From Balanoglossus misakiensis (lineage: Eukaryota; Animalia; Hemichordata): a stretch of 64,000 bases of DNA. A model generated the notes under the pieces. It was not told the DNA's origin, ran no database searches, and saw only the letters and a list, made by a program, of their open reading frames with translations. The DNA lies in the NCBI GenBank assembly GCA_040954595.2, contig CM082596.2, forward strand, positions 5,158,791 through 5,222,790, written 5' to 3'. The translations under genes and the position numbers were made by a program. Shown here in pieces: positions 23,501-35,720 of the stretch. The stretch's first letter is position 1; the number at the start of each line of letters is the position of its first letter.

Positions 23501-25056
23501 AGACCATCACACACATGACGGATCCCAATAATCTCCAACAAAACATCCAACAGGTGAGTCAATGTTTCAGACCATTTTCATGCCATTCTGTATGTTTTGT
23601 CAGGGAGCAGTGAAACTACAGTGTGTGTGTTTTTGTGGAAATCGTATGTGCGATACACATACAAAAATTTGAAAAATGCATTTAAAAGCACATCATATTA
23701 TATACATGTACCGGTAACTGGGATCATACTTTCAAAATTGGAATTTTAAATTCTCTAACACTCGTCTTCTGCACAGGTACAGCAGCTTCAGCACCAACTG
23801 CAGATAAACCAGCGTCTAGCAACCATGGGACCACAGACACCGATACAGACAGTGCAAGTCGTTCAGCCACCTCCGACACAAGACATTCCATCACCCCCAA
23901 AGCCAAAACCCATCGTGCTGCCACCGCTCTGGAAAACCGCCAGAGACGCCGAAGGCAAGGTCTACTACTACCACAGTAAAACCAGGTGCGTGGTTTCAAT
24001 TTCACAGGGTCTTGCATTTTTTTGCTGGAGCAGATATCACAGTAGACACACTAAGAACTATTGTCATGTCCCAGAGCAAGAAATATGAACATCAAGGCTT
24101 ACAGTAGTATAGTATGCACCTCAAAACTCAGTCTTAACCCTTTCACTGCCATGGTTTGGTTAAACCTATTGTTTTCTATGGTACAATTGGACCTCTATAC
24201 AGGGATAAAGTCTTTTCTTGTATTCTGCTCAGACTAACAGGTCAAGTTATTCTCTCTTCGATCGCCTTGCAGACAAACGCAGTGGGATCCTCCCAATTGG
24301 GACGGCAACTCTCCTGACATGGGAGGGGACGAGGCAGACATGGATCTGGGAACGCCGACGTACGACGAGAAGACGAAGAAACGGGCCACGCAGGCGGCAG
24401 CCGATACGTCGAGCGAGGCGGCCAAGCGCAAGAAGGAGGAGTTCAGAAGCAAGGTGTGTCAGTGTGTGTGTGTGTGTGTGTGCATGAAGATAACAAGTTT
24501 TCAAGGGGTCTTAAACATGGCCATTAGAATTACATTGCTCACAAATATGAGGTCACAGTTACTTACTCTGCAGTCTCTCCGATGATTGCTTGTGATCTTA
24601 ACCAGTAAACCCTTGTGTCTTCTCAGATGTCATCGTACGTTGTGAGCGTTCTGAATCCGTACAGGAAGCCGGACTGTAAAATGGGAAGAATAAACAAGAC
24701 TGAGGACTTCAAGCATCTAGCCAGGAAGGTAAGGTCAAAAGTTTCGCAGAGTGAACCAAGCTAGAATATTTATCAACAAATTGAAATTAGTAAATGTATT
24801 CTTTACAAATTATTAAGAAGACAAGCTCTGGGTGATCGACCGATCAAATTCAACATTGCTGCCAAGCGCCACATCAACCATTTTTTTTTCTCCCCCACAG
24901 TTGACGCACGGCATCATGGCCAAGGAACTGAAACACTGCCTCAACGTGGAGGACCTGGAGGTCAACGAGAATGTCAAGGGCAAGGCCAAGGACTACATCA
25001 AGAAATACATGAGCAGATACGGCACTGTCTACAAAAAGGACAGCGGAAACGACTGA
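11554..25056 (+). CDS. SETD2: Histone-lysine N-methyltransferase SETD2 (H3K36me3), complete
   Basis: Exons 11554-11588 ([11 protein letters not shown], cf. vertebrate MGDFYDPEHPT), 14708-14720, 15091-17825, 17984-18112, 18351-18402, 18744-18820, 19020-19143, 19268-19345, 19598-19695, 19870-20011, 20193-20333, 20436-20552, 20800-21750, 21961-23319, 23428-23553, 23777-23985, 24273-24453, 24627-24728 and 24901-25056. Domains: AWS ([14 protein letters not shown]), SET ([22 protein letters not shown]), post-SET ([10 protein letters not shown]), WW ([30 protein letters not shown]) and SRI ([20 protein letters not shown]). Confidence 0.97.
14149..14303 (+). mobile_element. Tc1/pogo-like MITE fragment in SETD2 intron 1
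   Basis: tacagtcaaacctctctatagtggccagtc... with repeated tatagagaggtg sub-motifs. Same family as 6377-6524. Confidence 0.6.
14708..14720 (+). CDS. SETD2: SETD2 13-nt micro-exon (exon 2)
   Basis: ttcaag|AGAAGATAGTGAG|gtgggt, preceded by a long pyrimidine-rich tract. It is needed to convert phase 2 (exon 1) to phase 0 (exon 3). Confidence 0.75.
15985..16150 (+). repeat. Coding repeat, 5x 33 bp ([11 protein letters not shown]) in the SETD2 large exon
   Basis: (c/g)c(g/a)ga(t/a)gaaa..at.gaa recurs at 15991, 16024, 16057, 16090 and 16123. Confidence 0.9.
16438..16653 (+). repeat. Coding repeat, 3x 72 bp ([24 protein letters not shown]) in the SETD2 large exon
   Basis: ac(c/t)gttgagaacgcag at 16438, 16510 and 16582. 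Confidence 0.9.
18872..18964 (+). mobile_element. ~92-bp piggyBac-like MITE (family C) in a SETD2 intron
   Basis: aacccttTCACC...GGTGGAAGGGTTAA terminal inverted repeats; shared internal ccatggtttggtccaaa motif. Confidence 0.8.
22030..22300 (+). repeat. Coding Arg-Asp / RDRDSY low-complexity repeat in SETD2
   Basis: In the exon 21961 frame: [66 protein letters not shown], with 6- and 18-nt periodicity. Confidence 0.9.
24134..24204 (+). mobile_element. Family C MITE, 3'-truncated
   Basis: ttaaccctttcactgccatggtttgg...ggacctctatacaggg. Confidence 0.7.
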
Positions 25057-27716
25057 TGCATGTTGTATCATTATTCCATCGTTCTGCAACCTTCATTTGA
25101 TTTGGATTTCATCGTCCAAGATTTCAGTCTTTTTTACGTTCAGGGACGTGTTTTTTCCAGTGTTTATTTCGCGGTTTACTTCAGAATACTGTTTCGTGTA
25201 TTTCTTCATATTGTTAGAAAAGTGTACATAAACCGAACTAAATGCCGTTGAGGCATATTTTAACTGAAATGCATTTTGTGAGAACTGAAGTTTTCAATGA
25301 AACGTTGAGTGGACGGGGTACCTGTAGTCGGGGCCTACATTTTAGCAATCATGGAGAGAAAACAAGAGAAAAATCGATAAAAGATTGCAGGGGTAGGGTG
25401 GGGTGGGGTGGGGGCATGCCTCTTAGAATTGTGTCTGATTCATCGCCGTGTTTTCGTACAATCTACTTGCAATCACCGTAACAACAGCAACGAAAAGGAA
25501 TGCACAGATTCTATTTTTAACCAGATGGTGTATCGTGCGTGAAAACTGGACAGGTTCATTCCCCTTTCCTCTTTTTTATCATGAATCTGTATGTTACTGT
25601 ACTTACTATTACTAAAACAAAAGTCAGCTCACACAAAGCATTTAGGTGACTCACCTTGTCGTAGTTGATGTTTTCAGTGTTGGTTTCTTAGAGTGTTTTG
25701 CTAATGTTGTTGGCTTTGCATCCTTGTTGCCATGCCGATTTGTCTTGTGGATTTTTTACACCTCCAGTGTTTTACTCGGTGTCAAACTAGCCTTCAGTCT
25801 AAAAACATGTAAAAAAAAATAGACCATTAGTCGATTTTTAAGTTGTCTGTTGTTTATAACAAAAAAAAACTCTTGTGGCAAGTGACAATAGAATTTTTTA
25901 TATGTTCGTGTATTTTTTAGGAAAATAAAAGACTTGACTGCCCCCATTTGTACATAGACCCAGTACAGTTGTTTTTTGCTGCATGTACTGTGGTTTCATT
26001 GAACACTGGACATTGACTCAACTGTGGTATTAAAGACAAAAGATGCCAGTTTTATGGTTGGTAAGCTGCTCATCAAGAGACAAACAGCAAATAAAGAAGT
26101 GTTCAGTTTATTTCTATTCCACATATTGTGTCTTTGTCATCAGATAACATGCCTGTTTGTGAATGGGTCAGAAAAATTGTAGAATGGATGACAATCACTA
26201 AGAGTACCAGAGAATGAGAATGACAGCATGAGTGACAACTCATGTACCTATACATGCAGGTTTGCGAGATTTCACCTTTAAAAACAGTTGTGTGTATACG
26301 TATGTGCTTTGATCAATACCACATGTAAACGTGCGGTGATGGGCGCCACCCAGCGACACATTTCAAGGTTTCTCTGCGCAGCTGGTGATGAGTTCGATTA
26401 TAGATTTTGAGCCCATTTTAGCTTGCATAGAAATCTGGCAGATGGTAGATATACAAATTGGGTCCCTTTTCACTTCGCTTTCTAGCGGTCGCCTGTCTTT
26501 TATGACTGGATTTTCCTCTATAATGTAAAGGGGCGTTTCCTCTTATGTCCTATTGGCAGCACACCCAAGTGAAAATCTATTATTGGCTAGATCTCAACTT
26601 CCTATGCTAACTGTGGCCAAATTTATTCTAGCTCTGTTTGGGATAGTCTCGATGCATCTTTGCTGGCTAAGGTATGTTATTTCGGGTAGGAAAGGGGGGA
26701 GGGGGGGGGGGGGGCTTCCTCAAACATGAGACGAGCCAACCAAGCCGTGCGGACCAAAGTCCAGACTTGGCAACGGTCTCCATGGGGATTGGGCTCAAAA
26801 GCACATGAGTGGCGCCACCACCGGCGACAAGTCAAGATGAATTCCAAGGCCTGCATTCCCGGAGGACCTTGACATTTTCTTATTTATGGCCGTTACCTTG
26901 CGGTTTTATGATGATTGATCGGTTGCGGCTCCTTTTATGCTTTACTCTGTTCGGCACAGGCATTAGTGCTATACTTTCGTTTTATGTTTCTCGAGATAAG
27001 CTTAAATATTCCGAATGAAACTCATATCCTGGCCTAATGAATAATTTACTTCTGCCTTCATATACTCTCCTTGTTCTAACAAAACAACTAGGCGTCCCAT
27101 TCGAGTTTTCTGCGCTCAATATACTTATTTTACTGCTTTCATTTCAACTTCACCTTAGACTCAATTTTAACCCAGCTGCTTTTTTATTTCATGTGGCCCT
27201 AAAATAAATAAACGCCTGCATATAATCAAAAGACTCGGCTATTAAATCGGGCTTCTGGGGTATCCATAAAATTCATTCACAACAATGTAAATGTGCATTG
27301 TCTGTCTTTACTGTTTACAACTTTGGATATATGTTTCTAGCAACCTGCCTTTGTTCGCTTGCCAGATTGCATGGCTGGCTGCCTCGCTGTCTGTCTATCT
27401 GTCAGCCAATCTGATCTAGCTCCTCAATTTGAACGTGGGCGACGGTTGTGCTGTTTTATGGGGGACGTTTTTTTTCTGCGGTTAGAAAAGGGAAAACATT
27501 GAATCGTTTTTACGGAGGTCGAGTGGCGATGAACCGATATTGGACGTATTTTAGCTTTAGATGAATTTCGTTCACATGCAAGTTAGCTCATCCGTAAAAT
27601 TGTTTAACGAGTACTTGGGACACACACACACATAAGAAAAGCGCGTAGCGAAATGCATCTGAAAGACCAGTTAGAAGGGTGCGGGAAGGTGTAAGACGGA
27701 AGCCACGTATGGTCGA

Positions 27717-27854
27717 TTAAAGGTACACAGTCACCTTCAATTTACATACGCCCATATTCACTATATATCCACATGTGAAATAACATAAACAGTGTCTTGT
27801 ATCAAACATAATTGATGGAAAAAGGGCAGCGAGAGAGAGACTTTGTCCCTTTAA
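27717..27854. mobile_element. TTAA-flanked Kolobok-like MITE, chimera of the two families seen at 57174-57366 and 57480-57834
   Basis: TTAA|aggtacacagtcaccttcaatttacatacgcccatat matches the reverse complement of ~57325-57366. attcactatatatccacat...gagagagagactttgtccct|TTAA matches 57736-57834. Confidence 0.8.
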
Positions 27855-30453
27855 TAGACACATGAAACATACACTTCACATCCTAGTTTTTCTTCTTCTA
27901 AAATAACATATGGTGTGAGGACATCCATCATCAGCACGTTTCCTGGACACTGTTCAAATGCTTTTTATTGTCCAAACATATTTCATATCAATTATCTGGG
28001 CTTAGAATGCTCCCTTTTATAAACACTCTGCGCCATGTTGTACTGAAATTCAAGAACGCCCTCGGGCAGAGAAGGGGGTACAACAATCGCGCTCTCCCCA
28101 AAACTAGTCATAAACTCGCTTTACGTATACATCAAATCGCAGTCCACTAAATCAATAAAACTTAAAAGTAAAAGCACATGGACTTCGCCTATTGTTAGTC
28201 TGAATCGTAAAAGTTCACATTTCTGTTACGTTTCAACGTATTTCTTTTTAATATCATCATATTCCCCCTAAAGTGTGAGATTGTTTCAACTTTTTAGGAA
28301 CTTGAATTTTCCTTTAGAAAATGGTACTGGTTGCGGACACTGAAATATTCAAGTTCTTTCCCCTCAGGCACCACCTGGTCGTAAATTCTACTCTTATTCC
28401 CTGACTTCGTACAGGGGTGTCTCTGCTTATCTCAGGGTCATGAATGTGACGGGGTCATTGGCCGCGTCTCTGTGACGTTGGCCAGCTTCAAGTTTACGAG
28501 TCCTAAATGATAGATTTCGATTGTTTCAAGTCCACGGGCCTTTGTGACGACAAAGGCATCGGAAACAAATCAGTGAAGTCGAAAATAGCCCGAACTTTGC
28601 GATGGATACCCACTTCTGCGAAATAGGGCTAAACAGACGATTGTATTTTATTTTTTAATTTATGCATAAATCCAGACAAGAGTACAGGCGGTATTAAAGT
28701 TATACATAAGTAACCTTCCGAGACTACACAGGACATTTGTTTCAATTTTTCCGTTTTTTCAATCGATAAAATTTTTACATGTATTTAGATCATTCCACAG
28801 TTCCAGTTGGCCAAGTCACACAGTGTATGATGCTGGCCAAAATTTGTGACCCCCGGACCCCAGATGTTTTCAAATCTATAATAGGTATTTGTTGATTTAA
28901 AGAAGAAATTCAATATTTGTTTAATTGATCGTATAAACTTCCAATTAATCCACGAGGGCGACTCAATCAAGCAAAGTTGAAAAAAAAGTCTTAAGTATAC
29001 GTCAGTGACTTGAAAAAGAATATTAAATTTACATTTAAAATACCCATATACGAATTCAGTTTTTTTAGGGAAAAAGCGAATTTCGCTTTTTTGAAAGCGT
29101 GTGTTCGACTAAGAAACAGCTGCCTACCAAGGCCCCTTTGGGATTTGGAATTGTCTATTTCAGGGTTTTATTGGAAAGTTCAAGGGCCTTTTTCATGGCT
29201 TTGAAGTCGTAAAAATTATTACCCATTTATGAAAGTGAACTAGCGAAAGACTGTCGGGATGAGGGATTCAATGAACAGGCGGCCCCAATTGCGAGTCTTT
29301 TAATGACATCATGACAGGGATTATATTGAGTAAAAATGAAGAATTATACTGGGCGGCATCTGTGGCCGTTTGCCCAATATTAAAGTTGCACCGAAATCGT
29401 CGGTAACTTTTGATATTAAAAGGCGATACAACCAAACCCGAATCCTGTACAGTACAGGGGTATTACATGAGAATACGTCTGCAATATACAAGTATCAATC
29501 ACATGGCTTACTATCCAGCTGCAATGCTTGCTCCACTAACTGATTCTGTTGTATTTTTATAGAATGCAGGAAACTGAATGTTGATAATCAAAAGACCGGT
29601 TAATGCCCTGTTAAATATTTCATCAAATTAATTCACATAGCGGCGACTTGCAGGAAATATCACGCTGGCTACATGTTCATACACGGGCAATTGATTCATG
29701 AATATTCATATCTCATTAGTATTCACGCATATTCATCAATTTCATCTAAAGGTTGTCGGCGCGACACAGAGACGGGTCCGCTGTTGTTATCCCCATTCTG
29801 GCAAGGATGTGTGAAAACTTTTGTTTGGGCGGCAAGCGAGTTTAATGATTGCTCGAATTTTACGATCAGTTTTAGGAGATGACACTGTTCTCAATAAAAA
29901 AGGGAAAACTTCCCGGATGTGTTAGTATAAGAAGAATAACGCAAAAAAGGGTGCAGGATTGATATGCATGGCAAACCGTAGGCGTAGAAAGTTAGAACAT
30001 TAAAATTATAACATGATTTCAGTTTGTTTGTTCGTTTGCCTGATTGAATTGACTAACTTAAAAAAACTTCCGTATTACCAAATTTGGCGACAGTTTTGTT
30101 AACTTAAAAGCGCCGCGGATTTTATTTTATATACACAAATCGTACAACTTTTTAACGCATTGTTCATACGTCCTACTTACACAGCGAAGTGACCGGTATA
30201 CGCACGGGATTGTTTTGTCGTTCGTCATCGGGCGGAGATTGTGTGAAATTCCGACGCAGTGCGTGTTTGTGGCGGTTCCCCTTCGCAGTAAAATTCAATA
30301 CTTGTGTGCGTGGCGTTTTACTAGATGCCCTCGACGAGGATAAAACAAATACGAGGGCGAAATGATTCCGGCGAATTGCAAATTTGTGAACAGAGAGAGA
30401 GGTCTGACATCAATGATACGACGAGTGGTGGCGACGGTTTATGTAAACAAATT

Positions 30454-30585
30454 GTATGTATGTATGTATGTATGTATGTATGTATGTATGTATGTATGTA
30501 TGTATGTATGTATGTATGTATGTATGTATGTATGTATGTATGTATGTATGTATGTATGTATGTATGTATGTATGTATGTATGTAT
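30454..30585. repeat. (TATG)n microsatellite, ~32 units
   Basis: Direct reading. Confidence 0.98.
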
Positions 30586-32031
30586 AACATATAGGCTCGC
30601 GTTTCATTGTATATTTGGGCGCGCGTGCGTGCTTGGGGCCACATTAATCAAGTCTTAATCTTTCAAAAGTCTAAATCTATGAACGTAGGCTGAGAAATTT
30701 CGAAAGTAGTTGACTCGACCATTATCGTTGACTCTGCGGGCATTCCTTCTAAAAGCTAATATTAGTTTTGATATTATGATTTGTGTGAGCGAGTATAAGG
30801 GCTTGTGTGTGCGCAAGTGAGTCACGTAGGAGAATTTGTCATCATTATGTTATTACAGGGCATATTGGAGAGTGGTCTTCAAGACGTAGCCAGACTTCCA
30901 AGATAGTTTGATAACAAAACACTCGAAAAAAATCGCACTTAACGAAACTCCTAACGAAATCATGTATAAAATCACATATATTAAGAATGCGTTGCATTTT
31001 TGTCTTTTGCTACGCAAAGCCTTATATTGCATGTCCGTCATTTTCGTTCACAGGGATCGCGGTTCGGGTGTCGAGCATCAATCGTTTTCAAGCCACATTA
31101 GTAAGATTCGTATCTTCAGACGGCCATTTTGAATACGTTTAGAACTGATATGAACAGACGCGACACTTCTGTCGTGTGGCAAGATTTAGGATGAGCGCAT
31201 TGTTTCGAAACTGGAGCGCCAGGCAAGCTCGCTTCTCTTTCCGCTTCGGAGTAATTGTCTGCATTTCGCCCGGAGCGACAAAATGTCTCCGCAGAATAAT
31301 CTCCGTAATTATCGTCCATGATTTATCGCTTTTATTCTGGAACATTTTAATGCCGAAATGGGACAAGCTGAGCGATGATGACTTATCAGTTTTTTTTAGG
31401 TCAACGCCCCAAATGATAGCAATCAAATCTTCCGTTTGTAGTCGCCGCCGTATCAGGTGTAAGAGGCTCGTTTGCAACGGAACCGAGGTCGGAATATTAC
31501 ATTACGTCATCTCGTCAAATAAGCCGTAAAATGTTGACACTATCACACCTATTTGTAGGGCGCTGCTGTACCATGTCGCGCCTCTCTTAAAAAAAAGGTG
31601 CCGCCTTTTGGCAAATATTTTCTGTGAACATTTCTGGAGTAACTTCTTATGACATCCTTTCAATTCACCCCAATCTCGGACTGTTTTTCCTAAAATTACG
31701 ATCATGCCAAGGTGTGAAGTTGCAGTGGTAACAAATCTTATATTTTGCAATCTAAGAACAAAGTGCCCGGATCGACAAGGTTGTGCACACAGAGCCGGTA
31801 ATCAATGCAGAAAGACACAGCTGGACTGGAATTGGAGAGGCACAAATACAAAAGTAATACTCGCGGGGCCATTTTGTCAACAACAACAACAACAGCAACA
31901 CATTATTAAAAGGATTCAGATCTGAACCGTGTGAAGAAGTTGGTTCGTGGACTCAACGGTAGATGCGACTGCTATGTTTATATACTGCGATGTACGGGTT
32001 ATACAAGAGGGCGCATTTTCTCGTCGTCGTT

Positions 32032-32032
<1 letters not shown>

Positions 32033-32068
<36 letters not shown>
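32033..32068. repeat. (ATC)n microsatellite
   Basis: Direct reading. Confidence 0.95.
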
Positions 32069-32993
32069 CCATCGACCCTGGTGTTGGCTCGAGGGTTCTA
32101 TGATTTCACTTATACATATTGACATTTGCGACGTTTCGTCAGTTACAAACAGGGCAATTGCATTGTGCGGGTCGTAACTTTTACAGAATACACCAACGTT
32201 GCATGTACCTTGATACGGGTTCATTTTGGATGAAGGGACAACTTTTTTTACACTGCCGTGGTTCCGAAATCTGGGCAAGCAGAAACAAAGAAACGTTCGT
32301 TTTTAGAAAAACCATCGCCGACACGTGCTTCCCAACGCTTTCTAAAACACAACATCTTCAACAGAAACACGAAAGTAACTTCTATACACAATCTCATCGA
32401 TATTTTTCTGTCTGTGAGGGAACTCACATCACTTGTTATCGTCTCGCGGATCGAGGAAAAGCCTTGGTATATCGCTGCCTGAACAGGCAACATGAAGCCG
32501 GGTTTTTTTTTTACTGTTGTCGGCAGCCTTGGCTAGCAACTTTTATGGAGTAGCCGTTGTGGGAAAAACCTGGGCATAGAGATGATAAACACACTGCAAG
32601 TGCCTGCTAAAAGCTGAGTGCAAGTTCTAAAGAGAAATTTATGCAAATCGAAAGCGATTTCATCCCGATGGCAGGCTGATCCTCTTATCTAATGTCACCC
32701 CTCTGGGGGTCGTAGGAATGCCTTGCCATGTGAAACGGTCGTTAAATCCGGGCTCTTTGCATTTATTATGAATTTAATAGCGTTGTACAATTTTTGTTTA
32801 GTGCCGCTGTGACAACCATCGTCAAATCAGCCACCGTGATCAAATTAAGGGACGGTCTTTACCAGTGCTAGTTGGGCGCCATTTTGCGATCTTAATTCCG
32901 ACAAGACAACTGAGAGAGAACGTTATTTAGTTAGGAAATGAATTTACCTGCTGGTAAACAGTTATGGCTAAGCTAATCGACCGGTTATCTCGG

Positions 32994-33079
32994 TGAATGA
33001 ATGAATGAATGAATGAATGAATGAATGAATGAATGAATGAATGAATGAATGAATGAATGATCGAACGAACGAACGAACG
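32994..33079. repeat. (GAAT)n followed by (CGAA)n compound microsatellite
   Basis: Direct reading. A reverse-complement compound tract lies at 35518-35571. Confidence 0.95.
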
Positions 33080-33869
33080 TTTCAGTGACTCTATCAGACA
33101 ATCATTCGATCAGCAATTAAGTTCGGGAATCGATCAACGGAATTCGTGCAAAGAAATTATCCAATAACCGCGACGATGATGATAAAGCCCCTCCCAAAAG
33201 AACACTTTTCTCGTAACGCCGACGTGCCCTAATCATATTATGATGTCACACCTGAAGATTTGATGCGTGCATTACATACACAATTACCAGTTATTTTTAT
33301 TAACCGTATTGTTTTTATATGGAATTCATGGCCGCTTTGTTGTTGTTGTTTATAATCGGATCGACGTCAATGAATGAGACAGGCGATTGTAGGCACCCAC
33401 CCCCTTGCTTTCCTTTCTTTTGTCCGTAACGTTCGAGTTGAATTCAATTACGACGAAGTTAATGAAGCGCTGAAACAATGGAATTAGATGAGACATTAAA
33501 CTGGCGAGGAATTCGCCCTCTGTTGACATGTGTTGGTCAGGTGCCCCTAGCGATTTGTCGAGGGGCAACCAGAGTAATAGTGGAGGTCACACTGACATTC
33601 ACAACAAAACATCAGCTGTTGCATATGCCAGAGGGAGAGGGACCCCCCCCCCCCCAACAGATCTGGCAAAGGGGGAACCTCCAATCCTCAACCCTACACA
33701 CCCTTTGACACCATCTTGGATGAAACAATGCAATGGTCGTTACAGATACATGTATACCGAGTATACCAAGAAGCAGAATGACATTTTATTTTTTAGCAAG
33801 TATGGAGTACAAGATTAGTATTTTTCACTGCGACTCACACGTTTACATGTGCTTGTGCTGAAACTTATT

Positions 33870-35720
33870 CAGCCATAACGTAACTGGGTAACAAGCGATT
33901 AGCGACATCTTTTGAAAGCATATAGCATTTTTTTATCAATTTCATATTCAATATACCAATATTTTCAGTGCTTAGGCTTGATAATAACCAAGAGCGATCT
34001 TTGTGTGACGCTCTAAACAAACTTGTAAGAATCGAGTCAATTAGATTATCTTCTCGGGTCGATTGCAGTGCAACCTTTCCTAGTGACAGGGAACGCCTGC
34101 TTCAATGAGCATCGCATGGCTAGCCAAGAAGAGAGACCGACCTTCAACGTGCCCCCTCTCTGATTCAGAGTGTGGCGAATGTGCACCCCCTCTATCTGAT
34201 TCAGTGTGCCCATGGTAACCAACCGTGGATAGCTAGCTCACGGTGATTGTGGGTCAGCTGACGCGTTGCCGGGTGGGGCCGGTGAACGCGATTGAAGATT
34301 AAGTAAGTAACATTTGGTTCCGTTTTTGATGCGTTACGAAAGTCCCACCTATCCAATATCTAACTCACGAAATTCCGCCTGTCTGCTTAAAATCTCAATT
34401 ATCTGTTCGACTCACCTGCACTAAAACATGTGCCAGATTATTAGATGCAAAGAATATTAACAATCTTCAATATGTATTTAAATTCTACAATCCGCACAAT
34501 ATGTGCGAGGAGGAGACTTTTGAAGATGAAATCTATTTTTTCAACATCATTTAGACAAAACGCGTCCACACAAGCGGTTAATATTGTCCGAATCAGAATC
34601 TTGTCCGGACATGGACAAACCTCGTCGACTACGAGAAGAAATGTCCCCTGTGCTGGGCTGGACAACGCAGCTAGTCCCGTTTGATCTAAGGTCGGCCACT
34701 GCCTATGACCCGACAAGGGTCGGGACAATTTGGTGTAATGAGAACACCTCTTAAGTCTTATTATTGCGCTGGCTGACTGTATGGGATGCACGCCAACAGC
34801 GGTGACCAACCTGCACCAGATCCTCCCAGTCAGACATAACGTTGCCAGGTTACAAGCTCCGGGCGGTATCTTTTGATGCCATCGAGTTTATTCATTAATT
34901 TCATATATTGCAATGTTTTCAGCGAAAGGAAAATATCTACCATGTAGTCAAGACGGAAAGATGTGATGATGGAGGTATTTTCTTGGGGAGGGGGGGGGTG
35001 TCAATGGTCCTTACCACGAAACAGCACAACGCAAACCCTTCGTTCTCTACCCTCGCGATTCTGGGGGTGTGGCGTCTACAGCGGCCAATTTCCCTCCCCT
35101 CGATTTAAATTACACGAGTCACAGATGTGGGCAAGATTTACACATACGTATACACGACGCGTTATAAAAATTCCGCCTACCTGTTTCAACTTCCACTGTA
35201 CCCTTGTTTACATACAGGTCTTCGACTGGCAATCTTGTACCTATGCAAAAAAAACATAAATTGAAAAAAAATTAAAAATACATAAAAATAAGAGAAATAT
35301 CGATTCCAACAAAACATAATTTCGAATCAGATAATTCGTTCGGTCAGAACGTTGCCAGGTAACAAGCGATTAGCGGCATCTTTTGATATCATCGCATCTA
35401 ATTATCATTTTCATATTGCCATATTTTCCGTGAAAGTAAAACATCTATCAGATGGTCAAGATTATTGTAATATGGGGTGATTGGGTGCTTGTTTCGAAAC
35501 AAAACAAAGCAAAACATCGTTCGATCGTTCCTTCATTCATTCGTTCGTTCGTTCATTCATTCATTCATTCAACACGCGCCACTAGCGATCACTGGGTGAA
35601 AGTGACGACTGTCCCCAGTACATAGATTAGCAGTTGGACCAGCCAGCGCGAACATACTTGACTCGCTACGAAAGTTCCGCCTATCCAATATGCTACTCGT
35701 GAAAACTCCACCCATGCACC
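33870..35720 (+). repeat. Diverged local direct repeats upstream of the p75NTR gene
   Basis: Block 'g(t)tgccaggtaacaagcgattagcggcatcttttga...tttcatatt...attttcagtg' at ~33880, ~34840 and ~35350. Second block 'cg(t/c)tacgaaagt(c/t)cc(a/g)cctatccaatat' at ~34333 and ~35664. Confidence 0.75.

Noticed and set aside
30321-30658. ORFs with YIHT/CMYV repeats
   Set aside because: Translations of the (TATG)n microsatellite.
34670-34810. GC-rich stems suggestive of a tRNA or SINE
   Set aside because: No cloverleaf and no convincing A/B boxes.
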